A stretch of DNA of 64,000 nt from a virus: the IMG/VR virus record IMGVR_UViG_3300042387_001967; one strand, given 5' to 3'. Positions 1 through 9,668 of the stretch are shown piece by piece. Position numbers and translations under genes: made by a program. The notes under the pieces are model-generated. The model saw nothing but the letters and a program-made list of their open reading frames with translations. It made no database searches and had not been told where the DNA came from. Position 1 is the stretch's first letter. Each line of letters begins with the position of its first letter.

Positions 1-1347
1 GGTGCACATCCAAACTGATGCCGCCTTCTCTTCGTCCTCAGTCTTCCGCTTCTCGAAGCTCATACCGCCGCAGCTCGGGCACTTGTCGCCGATGTGATTC
101 GTCAAGAAGAAGATGCTCTGGATCTTTCGCTCGCCGTGCGTAATCGACCGCAAAACTTCGGGTATAATCGCCCCAGCCTTGCGAACGACCACCCGGTCGC
201 CCACCTGCAGCCCCAGGCGGTTGATCTGGTCCTCGTTGTGCAGAGTGGCGCGGGAAACGATGGTCCCATCCACCTCGACCGGTTCCAGCTCAGCGACTGG
301 CGTCAGGACGCCGCTGCGGCCCACCTGGACGGTGATGGCCTTCAGCGTGGTCTCAACCTCCTCCTGCTTGAACTTGAAGGCGATGGCCCACCGCGGCGCC
401 CGGGAGGTGCTGCCGAGGTGCTTGCGCAGGTCGTAGTCGTTGACCTTGAGCACGACTCCGTCGGTCGGATAGGGCTGATCGGCGATCTCCTTCAGCCGGA
501 GCCGCGAGATCACCTCGCCCGTCGCTCGGTGGCTGCCGTCCGCGAGGAGGTAGACCGCCGGTGCGAACTTGAGCCCCAGCGATTGCAACCACTCCGCGTC
601 GTCGCCGTAACAGTCGGACAACGTGCCAGAGGCGATGCCGTGTGCGATGAACGACAGCCCCTGTCCAATCACCTCCTCGAAGTTCTTGCGCCGCAGGATG
701 CCGGCCGCTGCGTTGCGCGGGTTGGAGTAGACCTCCTCGCCCGCTGCCTTCTGCCGGGCGTTCAGCGCCTCGAAGTCGGCGAAGGTCATGAAGACCTCGC
801 CGTTGATCTCGATCGGGTCGCAGTTCAGCTCCAGCGGCACCAGCTCGGCCATCATCACGTTGAGCGTGACATCATCCCCGGTCTCGCCGTCGCCGCGGGT
901 GACCGCCTTGAGCAGTGCCACCCCCTTCGTCAGCCGCGGGTTCAGCCCGTAGGTCAGCCGCAGGCTCAGCCCGTCGATCTTCGGCTCGGCGACGAGCGCG
1001 CAGCCTTTGCAGGCCTCGTCGTCGTTCAGCTTCGCCAGCCACTTGGTCAGCTCATCGATGTTGCCGTCGTCCCCGGCGAACACGTTGTCCAGTGACTGCA
1101 TCGGGCAGCTGTGCTTCGCCTTGGCGAAGCCGGACTGCGGATGCGGGGCCGCCCCCACCTTGTTCAGGATGGTGTCGCGCCACACCGGGTCGTCCGTCTC
1201 GTGGGCATCGTCGGCGCGTGCGTCCTGGTGTTCCCGCCAGAGCGCGTCGTATTCTGCGTCCCGCATGGAGGGCTGGCCGTTGTGATAGTTCTCGTTGGCA
1301 AGCCGCAACACTTTCTCTCGGGCTGCGTTAGTCATGGGTGTGTTCAT
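1..1347 (-). CDS. ligA: NAD-dependent DNA ligase (partial, runs off left edge)
   Basis: Hand translation from ATG 1347 is open to base 1. It shows EPKIDG (KxDG adenylation motif), AVTRGDG, ATLHN, GDRVVVRKAGAIIPEV (OB fold) and the CPSCG zinc finger. Missing from the ORF track because no stop lies in the window. Confidence 0.95.
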   Translation of the reverse strand, partial: MNTPMTNAAREKVLRLANENYHNGQPSMRDAEYDALWREHQDARADDAHETDDPVWRDTILNKVGAAPHPQSGFAKAKHSCPMQSLDNVFAGDDGNIDELTKWLAKLNDDEACKGCALVAEPKIDGLSLRLTYGLNPRLTKGVALLKAVTRGDGETGDDVTLNVMMAELVPLELNCDPIEINGEVFMTFADFEALNARQKAAGEEVYSNPRNAAAGILRRKNFEEVIGQGLSFIAHGIASGTLSDCYGDDAEWLQSLGLKFAPAVYLLADGSHRATGEVISRLRLKEIADQPYPTDGVVLKVNDYDLRKHLGSTSRAPRWAIAFKFKQEEVETTLKAITVQVGRSGVLTPVAELEPVEVDGTIVSRATLHNEDQINRLGLQVGDRVVVRKAGAIIPEVLRSITHGERKIQSIFFLTNHIGDKCPSCGGMSFEKRKTEDEEKAASVWMCT

Positions 1348-1559
1348 TGTGCAGTGATGTGTAGTTTGTCGAGGGCCTCGTCAGCCCATGTGCGTCCGAA
1401 GATTCGGACTGCTATCTCAGGGCTCATTTCTGGCCAGAGTGAATACCCCGTTTCGTTCATGTCCGCGTCGAAGTAGTAGACGATCGTGCCGCTCGACCTC
1501 CTTCCTGAGAAGGCGGAGATGCTGCGCAGGTAATCGTCGGTGCAGGGATGGCTAGTCAT
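1344..1559 (-). CDS. hypothetical protein
   Basis: 3' part of track ORF 1344..1667 (MTSHPCTDDY...). Stop overlaps the ligase ATG. Confidence 0.5.
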   Translation of the reverse strand: MTSHPCTDDYLRSISAFSGRRSSGTIVYYFDADMNETGYSLWPEMSPEIAVRIFGRTWADEALDKLHITAQ

Positions 1560-2001
1560 CCTTGGTCTCCCTCTCGGCAATCGCGATCCGGTCCATCGCC
1601 TTGTAGTGAGCGCCGCGTATCTCTGCGAGCCGTTCGCGCTTGGCGATGTAGAGCGCGCTCCACGCATAGCGTTCCTTGAGCTGCGCCGGGGTGCGTTGGT
1701 CTGCTGCCTCTGGCTGGTCGCTGGCGAGCATTTGCTTCTCCATGTGGACCATCTCCGCTGAGATACGATCCCACTCCGGCTTCACCTTCAGCCAGGCGTT
1801 TTCCTCCACCAGCTCGTCGTAGCGGTTCCAGCAGAGGACCAGCCGCTCGGCGTTTCTCAGTCCGTCCACGGCTGCGTGGTCCTCCGCCGTTTCCGCCACG
1901 AGCGCCGCGCCGTCGACCGCGCGTATGGAGAACCCCTGATTGAGGCGTGTGCGCTCCGTGACCACGTGCAGCTTCCCTTGTGTGTGCGCGGCGGTGGTCA
2001 T
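1552..2001 (-). CDS. hypothetical protein
   Basis: Start MTTAAH at 2001 has an ATGA overlap with the upstream stop; GC3-rich codons. Confidence 0.65.
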   Translation of the reverse strand: MTTAAHTQGKLHVVTERTRLNQGFSIRAVDGAALVAETAEDHAAVDGLRNAERLVLCWNRYDELVEENAWLKVKPEWDRISAEMVHMEKQMLASDQPEAADQRTPAQLKERYAWSALYIAKRERLAEIRGAHYKAMDRIAIAERETKDD

Positions 2002-2522
2002 GATGACACCTCCACGTCTGCCGACGTCATGTAGGACGTCAGCCCGGCCCCAGGGATCACGTGACCGTCGATGAACACCTTGACCGCCTCCATGGGAATT
2101 TCGAAGGATATGGTCGCCAGCTCTTCCGGCATGAACTGCTTCGGCAGCGTGACGCAAAACGTCACGTCTACTGACACCTTTTGCGGCGCCGACCCGTCGC
2201 CGATCAGGATGAGCCACCCAGGGTTGCACGCGACGAGCCAGCTCGCGAAGGTGAACTCGATGCCCGGGTGGTGCGCGGCGTGCCGGTGGGTGAGCTCGAC
2301 GATCTGGTTGGTCTCGCCTTCGCCCCGTATGCGGCACGTCCAGTCGCCTGCTTCGTCGAGGACGAAAACAGAGACCGCATCGGTCTCTGAGAGCGTGTGC
2401 GGCGGTCCGTCGGGGTCGTAGCCTGGCAGGAGGCGTGCGACTTCAAAGGCCGTGGAAAACCTGCTGAAGTATGTCGTGGAACCGCCGCGACTCGACGCGA
2501 CTGTTGTTTGGATTCTGATCAT
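1998..2522 (-). CDS. hypothetical protein
   Basis: Start MIRIQT at 2522, ATGA overlap. Confidence 0.6.
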   Translation of the reverse strand: MIRIQTTVASSRGGSTTYFSRFSTAFEVARLLPGYDPDGPPHTLSETDAVSVFVLDEAGDWTCRIRGEGETNQIVELTHRHAAHHPGIEFTFASWLVACNPGWLILIGDGSAPQKVSVDVTFCVTLPKQFMPEELATISFEIPMEAVKVFIDGHVIPGAGLTSYMTSADVEVSS

Positions 2523-3013
2523 TTGAAGAGTTGCAGTTGTTTGACGTTGATGCCCCAGATTTCGACGTAGTCCCTGATTACCAGCTTCTGGCAGTCCGCC
2601 GGCAGAAGCCGGAACGGAATGCGCCGGCTGTCGCCGTCTCCCCATTTGGCCTTGTCGCCGATCTTTGGCGGCCAGCCGCCAGGCGCGTCGAAGTTCAACT
2701 CCGCTTCCCCGTGCATGCCGACTCCCTGGGGATGGAACGGGTGACAGCTCATCCCCACGTAGTGCGCGCGACCGCCGCGTCCTTTGAAGCGCCCAGTGAA
2801 CACCACGGTGTAGCGGTCGGCGGTGCCTTTGCCGGCAGGCAGCAGACGGTGTCCGCAATCCTTCACCGGGCAACGCTTGCCGCCTCCGCTGCTGAACTCG
2901 AAGCATTTCGCGCAGAACGACTCGTAGACACTACCTCCGTTATCGTAAACGCGGACGTGCTTGGGAACGCCGTCCGGCATCAGCCGCTGGCGTCTCGTTT
3001 CTTGGTTCATCAT
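2519..3013 (-). CDS. conserved phage hypothetical protein (YDNGG...DRYTVV...FHPQG type) with Cys-rich insert
   Basis: Motifs RVYDNGG, TADRYTVVF, GMSCHPFHPQG and LPADCQ recalled from a widespread phage family. Confidence 0.7.
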   Translation of the reverse strand: MMNQETRRQRLMPDGVPKHVRVYDNGGSVYESFCAKCFEFSSGGGKRCPVKDCGHRLLPAGKGTADRYTVVFTGRFKGRGGRAHYVGMSCHPFHPQGVGMHGEAELNFDAPGGWPPKIGDKAKWGDGDSRRIPFRLLPADCQKLVIRDYVEIWGINVKQLQLFK

Positions 3014-3030
3014 TTTTTATCTGCAACGAC

Positions 3031-3061
3031 TCGCGCCGGGGAGAGTGTCTCCCCGGCGCGA
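3031..3061. terminator. 14-bp stem hairpin (terminator or processing site)
   Basis: TCGCGCCGGGGAGA-gtg-TCTCCCCGGCGCGA, intergenic, no clear U-tract. Confidence 0.55.
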
Positions 3062-3073
3062 TGTTGCTGCTTG

Positions 3074-4903
3074 TTAGTTTACGCCGTGCGGTGACGCCGA
3101 CGCTTCCTCGTCCTTGTAGACGTGCTGCTCGTGAGCATACGCCTCCGCCTCCTTGATGATGTTCTCCTGCACCGGCTTCGGCAGCTTGCCGCCGCGACGC
3201 AGCATGATGTTGATGAACGTCTGGTATGCCCTCCGGCACGCATCAGGCAGCGCCTCGGTGAAGTCCGCGTAGCGTTGCAGGCACTCCACGCTGTCGTCCT
3301 TTTCCGCCGTGCTGTCGCTCGTGAAGGCATACATGTCCGCCACGATGAGACCCGCCTTGAACCAGTCGCGCTCCATGCTGAGATTCAGCGTGGCGACAAA
3401 GTTACGGTCGAACGTGATGTGACTGACGCCGTCCGTCCACGCTTTTGTCAGGTCCGTCTGTCCGATGCCAGCGGAACGGTTTTCCCTGTCTTGGAATCCG
3501 TTCACGGAGTAGTCCAGATGGCTCATGACGTTCTCGATGCAGCGAACGAAGTCATCCTCCCGCTGCGTGTATTCGTCCGGACTGAGGCGGTGGTAATCGC
3601 GGTCGTCCACATCCTCGAGCAGAAGCTTGTAGTCCGCCCAGACCAGCATGCCGCGAAAGCGGTCATACGGTTGTTCGTTGCTCCTCGACGGCAGCACTTC
3701 GCAGATCACCTTGATAGCTGCTGCTCCCTGTTCGGCAGGGTCGTCGATATCGTCCGCATGCAGCCACTCCAGGACCACTTCGTCCAGGACGACAGCCCGT
3801 TTCAGCTGCATCACCTTCTCGGCCTCGTGATCGCCCTTCGGCCCGAAACACAGAGACACGCGACCATCAGCGTCGCGCAGGATCTTCGGCGTGTCGGACC
3901 GGGTGTGGATGAGGTTGTAGAGCTGATGCGGAGACCAGAGCTTCCCGGTGACATCCGGTAGGCAGGCGGTGTCGTAGAACACACCGTGGGCGACATAGCC
4001 GCCGCCGGCGTATTCCTCCACGAAGTTCCGCGCCTCCTGGCGGTTCAGCTTCTTCTTGTTCGAGGCGCTCCTGATGCCCTCTTCCTTCAACAGCTGCGCG
4101 ATCTTTTTCCAGCGCGCGCAGCGGCGTAGCACCTGGTTGCGGGCGAAGTTGACGCTGACTTCCTGCCGAATGACGATCACCCCCTCGAGTCCGAATTCCG
4201 ACAACGGCAGGGACTCGACAAAAACGCCCTGCTGGTAAACGTCCAGCCCGGTGCCGTTGCGGTAGCGGTGTTCGACCACTTTCTTCTTGATGTAGGCGAG
4301 GTCGTTGACCACGTCCCACTTCAGCGTGGCCGGGTCCGTCGCGACACTCTTGCCGTTGACGACCAGGTTGCGGTCGGTGTAGCGGCAGAACTTCGTGATC
4401 TGGTCCACGGTGTGCTGGATGTCGCGCAGCGACAGCGCATCGTAGAGATCGATCTCGACGATGCATCCGGGCTGGTCGGGGTGTCCCTCCTCGTAGTCAT
4501 AATCGAGCCCCCACTTTTCGACGTCGGTGATCATCCTGAAGTTGGCCGAGCGCCAGGTGTTCTTTCCGAACGCGAACATCTGCCCGCGTCCGATGCGGAA
4601 CTTGCCGAATACGGTGTCCTTGGCGAAGCCTTCGTCGTCCATGGGGTGCGGGTTGCCGAACTCCTCGAATACGTCCTTGACGATCTGCCCGGCGAAGCCC
4701 CTGCCGTCGTCCGTGATGCGGACCAGCTTGGCCGTGATGGTGACCGCGATGTTCTTCGCGGCCTGGTCAATGGAGTTCATGACCCCTTCCAGAATGGCTT
4801 TGGCTATGGTGCCGGCCTGCGATTTGATGACCTGGAGGACTAGGTTGCTGTGCGCACGCATGGTGCGGCGCTCTGTTTTGATAGGTGCTGGTGCTGTTGT
4901 CAT
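3074..4903 (-). CDS. GHKL (HSP90/MORC-like) ATPase domain protein
   Basis: N-terminal ILEGVMNSID (ExxxN), ITDDGRG (DxGxG) and FGKFRIGRG motifs; 609 aa. Confidence 0.85.
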   Translation of the reverse strand: MTTAPAPIKTERRTMRAHSNLVLQVIKSQAGTIAKAILEGVMNSIDQAAKNIAVTITAKLVRITDDGRGFAGQIVKDVFEEFGNPHPMDDEGFAKDTVFGKFRIGRGQMFAFGKNTWRSANFRMITDVEKWGLDYDYEEGHPDQPGCIVEIDLYDALSLRDIQHTVDQITKFCRYTDRNLVVNGKSVATDPATLKWDVVNDLAYIKKKVVEHRYRNGTGLDVYQQGVFVESLPLSEFGLEGVIVIRQEVSVNFARNQVLRRCARWKKIAQLLKEEGIRSASNKKKLNRQEARNFVEEYAGGGYVAHGVFYDTACLPDVTGKLWSPHQLYNLIHTRSDTPKILRDADGRVSLCFGPKGDHEAEKVMQLKRAVVLDEVVLEWLHADDIDDPAEQGAAAIKVICEVLPSRSNEQPYDRFRGMLVWADYKLLLEDVDDRDYHRLSPDEYTQREDDFVRCIENVMSHLDYSVNGFQDRENRSAGIGQTDLTKAWTDGVSHITFDRNFVATLNLSMERDWFKAGLIVADMYAFTSDSTAEKDDSVECLQRYADFTEALPDACRRAYQTFINIMLRRGGKLPKPVQENIIKEAEAYAHEQHVYKDEEASASPHGVN

Positions 4904-4954
4904 GTTGTTGTTGTTGTCGTGGTTGCTATTTTCCTCGTTGTAGGCTGTCGGCTG

Positions 4955-5206
4955 TCAGCCTTCGTCTTCTTGTGCGGCTGTCCGGTCCGCGCAGATCGGG
5001 CATTCGCCGTCCCATCCGTCCCCGTTGTCCGCGTAGGGCTCGAAGCAGGTGCGGCAGTAGTCGTCGGGATTGTCCTGGTAGCGCTGCTCCACCCATTCCG
5101 GGTAGTCCAGCTTGGTCTCGCCGGCCTGCGTCTCGTGCAGCCAGTCGGCCACCGGATGTCCCGGGATCTCGTCCGGCGCGCTCGGCAGTATCCGGGGCGT
5201 GCTCAT
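4955..5206 (-). CDS. small hypothetical protein with CxxC...CxxC
   Basis: Start MSTPRI at 5206, ATGA overlap; CRTC and CPIC. Confidence 0.6.
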   Translation of the reverse strand: MSTPRILPSAPDEIPGHPVADWLHETQAGETKLDYPEWVEQRYQDNPDDYCRTCFEPYADNGDGWDGECPICADRTAAQEDEG

Positions 5207-5616
5207 GGGACGACCAGCGGGCCGTATTTGTCGCTCTGCAGCATCTCCTCCACCGTCTCGCGCAGGGCCGGCAACTGTCCGGCTTTTTCCACGGCGTCCA
5301 GGTGCGCTCCCTTGCCGTGGCTGGCCGCGACCGCGTGGAACTCCGTGCGCTTGTGATGCTCGTGGTAGACCATGACCCACATCTTGTGGAAGTCCATCCC
5401 GGTCTGGTCACACAGGACGCCGACGAGACGTTTCACGGACTTGCGCATCTCTTTCATCTCGTCGTCCACCATGGACTTCGTCTCCGGGTTGCTGCCGTCC
5501 ATGGCCTTCGCCAGTTCGGCCGTCGCTGTTTCCAGCTGTGTCATGGCCACCGTCACCGCCTCGCGGGCGGCGGTGAAGTTCATGAGCAGTTGTTTGGGGG
5601 CTGTTGTTTTCTTCAT
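5203..5616 (-). CDS. hypothetical protein
   Basis: 137-aa ORF, ATGA overlaps at both ends. Confidence 0.7.
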   Translation of the reverse strand: MKKTTAPKQLLMNFTAAREAVTVAMTQLETATAELAKAMDGSNPETKSMVDDEMKEMRKSVKRLVGVLCDQTGMDFHKMWVMVYHEHHKRTEFHAVAASHGKGAHLDAVEKAGQLPALRETVEEMLQSDKYGPLVVP

Positions 5617-6488
5617 TGGACGATCTCCATCGGTTTGATTTCCTCAGGGACGGGCTGTCCGACGCTTGCGCAGATCTCTTTCCCGCTGAAGTTGTTGATG
5701 AGCAGGATGGTCAGGTCCCTTTTGTCGGCCCACACCGGCGACTTCATTTTGTCCGTCTCCCTGTCCAGCACCTGCCATAGACCGAAGTGCTGCCTGTGCC
5801 TGCCCGTCATCATGAACCCGTCCGGCGTTTTGACGTTGATCGTCCAGCCCGTGGCGTCCAACGGATCCTTCAGCCGCGCGAGCAGCGTCTCCAGTTGCTT
5901 CAGGACGATGCCGTCCGTCAGCTTCTTGAACGTCGCCGGTCGCTTGATTTTGTGCTCGCCCCATTCGACGAGCAATACCCATCCCTCTGTGGCGTCGCCG
6001 GACAACTTCCACCCGAAGTTGATACTGCGTTTTCCGTGGGGTCCCTCGACGAGTGTCCACACCGTTATGCGCCCGTCGAACCCAAACGGCATGTCGACGT
6101 CGACCGACCGAGTCTTCGGATGCTTGCTGATGCACTCCGGGAACTTCGCCTTCAGTCCGCAGTTGATCTCCTGCGCTGCCACCTCTGGCTTGTCCTTCCT
6201 GGCTGCGGTCTTCACCCGGACATTCAGGTGCACCCATTCGTCGATGTGTTCGGTGCCGACGAACACGTAGGGCGACAGCGCGCGGATCGCTTTGGCGTGC
6301 GCGCGCATGCTGTCGATGATTTCCTGTGCGGGTTCATCGTCGCCGGCGCTGCGGCGGTCAGACGCCGTCAGCAGGATGGTTCCGTCGCTTTCGACTTCTT
6401 CACTGTCGATGCCGAGCCGCTTCAGGTAGGCACGCACCTGCTCGGCGACTTTCTGCTGCGTTTTGGTCGGTTTGATTTCAGTTTTCAT
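5613..6488 (-). CDS. hypothetical protein
   Basis: 291-aa ORF, tight packing. Confidence 0.7.
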   Translation of the reverse strand: MKTEIKPTKTQQKVAEQVRAYLKRLGIDSEEVESDGTILLTASDRRSAGDDEPAQEIIDSMRAHAKAIRALSPYVFVGTEHIDEWVHLNVRVKTAARKDKPEVAAQEINCGLKAKFPECISKHPKTRSVDVDMPFGFDGRITVWTLVEGPHGKRSINFGWKLSGDATEGWVLLVEWGEHKIKRPATFKKLTDGIVLKQLETLLARLKDPLDATGWTINVKTPDGFMMTGRHRQHFGLWQVLDRETDKMKSPVWADKRDLTILLINNFSGKEICASVGQPVPEEIKPMEIVQ

Positions 6489-6489
6489 G

Positions 6490-8589
6490 CTATGCTGCTT
6501 CGTAGATAGGCTTTACTTTGTCCCACACGTTGGAGTCCTGCGAATACCACGCCAAGCCGATGGCTCGAGACACGCCGCGGCTGACGCTGTTTCCGATGGC
6601 CCTAATGATCTCGCTCTTGTTGCAGTTTGCCCATGTCATTGAATCGGGAAAACCCATCGCGCGCTGCAGCTCGAGTGGCGTCAGCATGCGATAGAACAGG
6701 TCGATCTTGATCAGCTTCCCGTCCAGTTCGATCACCGGGTAGACCAGGGCGTGCCCGGCCTTGGTGCGCACGGTCGGCAGCGGCTCGTCGATCGACTTCC
6801 CCTCCGAGCCGTTGCTGTAGTAGACGTAGATCCACGGCTTGGCGTCGACCTTGCCCCGGCGCTTCAGCTCCGTCACCAGATGGTTGAGGAACGTGGTGGC
6901 GCGCGAGGTGTCCACGCCCTTCTCGCTGCACGCGTGAAGGAACCGGTCGGACACCACCTCGAGCTCGACCTCGATGCAGGTCTGGTTCGCCTTGGTCACG
7001 ATTGTGCGGACCGGGGCGTCGACCGGGTAGGTCCCGTCGTTGCCCCTGGCGCCGCCTGTCTGGTCGATGGCGAACATGAACGCCTCGGCAATGGCCTGGT
7101 TGCAGCCGCCAGCCGTGGAGGTCCGCAGCGGGGAGTCCACGTCCTTGCATACGCCGGTGCCGCGCTGGTTGTCCAGCGTGGCGATCTCAGGTTGCATCAC
7201 GTAGTGCCCCTGGGATGCTGTGAGCGCCGTCAGGGGGCTGTCGATGCTCTGGGCGGTGCTCTGGCCCTTCAGCTGAACGATCGCCGGCTCCACGAGGCCC
7301 TCGCCGGTCATCGTGGTGGTCACAGTGCTGACCGGCGAGTCGACGCCCTTCACCCAGTCCTTTTTGCTGCCGGCATGGTGCGGGATGATGTAGGCCTCTG
7401 ACCTCACGACGCCGCCGGCCCCGTGGCTCGTGACCGTGGGCACCGGGTCGTCCACGCTGTGCGTCCTGGGCTCTTGGCCTGGGGCTTCGCCGAAGTTCGG
7501 CGTGATGAATTCCCCTTCGGCCTTCACCAGTCCGCGCTCACCCTTCGCGGTAAACGTCAGCAGCGGCTGGTCCACGTCGTGCACACGACGATCACAGTCC
7601 GACGCCTTCGGGCTGCCATGAGCCGAGCTGATCAGGAACTCGCGCAGGCCGTATTTCACCAACCCGATGGCCAGGCGGCGGAACGTATTGTCAGCGAGGT
7701 TTTTGTCCCGCGTAAACACGCTCAGGCCTTTAATCGCCCACTGAATGATGCCCCGCGCGGTGCGCCAGTCCATCGGACGCCCGTGCCCGGTGCCGCGCTC
7801 CCCGGCGTAGGGGTCCGGCCAGACGATCTTCTTGCCTGAATCCTTGCGGACGAAGTAGACGAACAGCCTCTGGCGGATGGTGGGGTCACCGTAGTCAGCG
7901 GACTTGAGGACGCGGTAGTCGGACTCGTATCCCAGCGCCTGCATCTCGGCGATCCATGCCTGGAAGTATTCGCCGCGGCGCTCCTTGTCCGGCGCCTCGT
8001 AGGGTTGGTAGCCGGCAGCCTTCATGCGCTTGCCCCAGTCTGTCTCGGTCTCTTTCGCCCGTCGGCGCTCTTTTCTCGGCAGTTTCACTGGTCTGCCCTT
8101 CCGAGCCCACATGAGTTCGTCCACGATTGGCGGACCCGCTTTTTCCGGCCAACGCTTCTGGGTCACAGGGCCCCACGAAACGAATTCCCTAACATTTTCC
8201 ACGATTACGGCTTCAGGTCGCAGATGCTTCACCCAGTCGGTGACCGAGTGCGCGTGGCTGCGGTCCTGCTCGTTGACGCAGCTGGCCCCGCGCGCGACGC
8301 TGAAGAACGTGCATTGCGGCGACGCCCAGAGCAGGCTGCAGTAGGTGCCGACCGGGAACACAGCGGTAGGGTCCAACGTGAACAGATCCTCCGCCAGATG
8401 CCTGTGCTCCGGGTGGTTCTCTTGGTGGATGAGGATCGCCTTATCCCAGTGGTTAACGAACGTGCCGCTCACCTTGCGTCCCATCAGATCTGTGGCGTCC
8501 AGCAGTCCACCTCCGGACCCGCCAGCCCCGCAAAAGAGATCCACCATATTATCCTCTCGCTCATCGAGATACACTAGATTGTCGATCAT
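6490..8589 (-). CDS. DNA cytosine-5 methyltransferase
   Basis: DLFCGAGG (motif I), ASPQC (IV), ENV (VI), IRQRLF (VIII) and GNSV (X). Start MIDN at 8589 overlaps the upstream stop. Confidence 0.92.
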   Translation of the reverse strand: MIDNLVYLDEREDNMVDLFCGAGGSGGGLLDATDLMGRKVSGTFVNHWDKAILIHQENHPEHRHLAEDLFTLDPTAVFPVGTYCSLLWASPQCTFFSVARGASCVNEQDRSHAHSVTDWVKHLRPEAVIVENVREFVSWGPVTQKRWPEKAGPPIVDELMWARKGRPVKLPRKERRRAKETETDWGKRMKAAGYQPYEAPDKERRGEYFQAWIAEMQALGYESDYRVLKSADYGDPTIRQRLFVYFVRKDSGKKIVWPDPYAGERGTGHGRPMDWRTARGIIQWAIKGLSVFTRDKNLADNTFRRLAIGLVKYGLREFLISSAHGSPKASDCDRRVHDVDQPLLTFTAKGERGLVKAEGEFITPNFGEAPGQEPRTHSVDDPVPTVTSHGAGGVVRSEAYIIPHHAGSKKDWVKGVDSPVSTVTTTMTGEGLVEPAIVQLKGQSTAQSIDSPLTALTASQGHYVMQPEIATLDNQRGTGVCKDVDSPLRTSTAGGCNQAIAEAFMFAIDQTGGARGNDGTYPVDAPVRTIVTKANQTCIEVELEVVSDRFLHACSEKGVDTSRATTFLNHLVTELKRRGKVDAKPWIYVYYSNGSEGKSIDEPLPTVRTKAGHALVYPVIELDGKLIKIDLFYRMLTPLELQRAMGFPDSMTWANCNKSEIIRAIGNSVSRGVSRAIGLAWYSQDSNVWDKVKPIYEAA

Positions 8590-8846
8590 TTCGACCTCCT
8601 GCGCGCTACTCGCAAGGCTGGCAGGAGTCTGCCGTTCGCAGCACTCCAGCGCTTGCATGTATAATCCATTGCGCGGTCATGCTGCACGGACTCGGCGTCA
8701 GTAGTGCCCGCACAAGGGCAACCTCGGTCGTCCTTGTAGCTGAACGCGGTCGCCGGTTTACCGTCATACGGCTTCCAGCTGCGACCAGTCCACATGTGAA
8801 TATCCGTCGCATCCTTCGGCGGTCTGCAGAGCTTTCCTTTCTTCAC
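8586..8846 (-). CDS. hypothetical protein
   Basis: GTG start at 8846 overlaps the upstream TGA; stop overlaps the MTase ATG. Confidence 0.55.
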   Translation of the reverse strand: MKKGKLCRPPKDATDIHMWTGRSWKPYDGKPATAFSYKDDRGCPCAGTTDAESVQHDRAMDYTCKRWSAANGRLLPALRVARRRSK

Positions 8847-9115
8847 GGCTTCACCCCCATCCGCCGCAGGTGCATCTCCGCGTCCATCTTGGCACGCTCC
8901 CAGTCTGCCCACGCGTCTGGGTAGCCGGTCTTGTCGAAGCACTCGTTCGCGTAGTTGACCTCCTCGATGAGGGCTTTCGACACGGTGATGAGAGCGTCGT
9001 GCGAGTCGTCCATGCGTCCGCCGCGGGCCGACCGCAGGGCAGCATCGAACTTGTTCTTCTTGGTGGTCAGCCGGGTCTTGAGGCGGCGATACTGCGACTG
9101 GTCGAAGTCGCTCAT
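8843..9115 (-). CDS. hypothetical protein (TGYP...WE paralogue 1)
   Basis: 90-aa ORF, coupled; FDKTGYPDAWADWERA. Confidence 0.7.
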   Translation of the reverse strand: MSDFDQSQYRRLKTRLTTKKNKFDAALRSARGGRMDDSHDALITVSKALIEEVNYANECFDKTGYPDAWADWERAKMDAEMHLRRMGVKP

Positions 9116-9375
9116 ACGGTTGCCCCCAGGCTGCGCATTTGCTGCTCCGCCGTCGCCCGGCCCGTCTCCCAGCGTTCCAACTTCTCGGACGTCGGGTAGC
9201 CGGTCTCGGCGAAGGCCTCCACTGCCCGCCAGAACGTGCGAATGAACTCTCGGGCGGTCCGTATGACGGCACGCACGGTCGCCGCGCTCCGGCTGACTGT
9301 AGTCTGATGCACAGCTTGGAGGAGCTGCGCGTGCGATGCATTGAGACGGGATTCGATCTGCTTGTGCTTTTTCAT
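9112..9375 (-). CDS. hypothetical protein (TGYP...WE paralogue 2)
   Basis: 87-aa ORF; FAETGYPTSEKLERWETG. Confidence 0.7.
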   Translation of the reverse strand: MKKHKQIESRLNASHAQLLQAVHQTTVSRSAATVRAVIRTAREFIRTFWRAVEAFAETGYPTSEKLERWETGRATAEQQMRSLGATV

Positions 9376-9399
9376 GGTTGGTTGGTTGGTTGGTTGGTT
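9376..9399 (-). repeat. (AACC)6 microsatellite directly 5' of a start codon
   Basis: The plus strand reads (GGTT)6 immediately after CAT at 9373-9375. Confidence 0.9.
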
Positions 9400-9433
9400 A
9401 GTTGGCTTGGTTCCTCTTTGGTATTCATACCGG

Positions 9434-9664
9434 TCACGCGACCTCTTTCACGTAGACATTGGCGTGCTCGGCCGGGCATTGCACCACGAAGGTCGACGGC
9501 ACCGCCTGTCTGAACTTCTCGGGCCACACGGACGGCATCCTTACCCACTCGTCCCGCTTCTTCGGCGAGTTAAAGTGGACTACCTCCGTCCGCATTCCGC
9601 CGCTGGTGTAGTAGCAGTCGCTCCCGAAAGGCGACTCGTAGCACCTGATGGCGTAGTATTTCAT
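9434..9664 (-). CDS. hypothetical protein
   Basis: Start MKYYAI at 9664. Confidence 0.6.
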   Translation of the reverse strand: MKYYAIRCYESPFGSDCYYTSGGMRTEVVHFNSPKKRDEWVRMPSVWPEKFRQAVPSTFVVQCPAEHANVYVKEVA

Positions 9665-9668
9665 ACGC

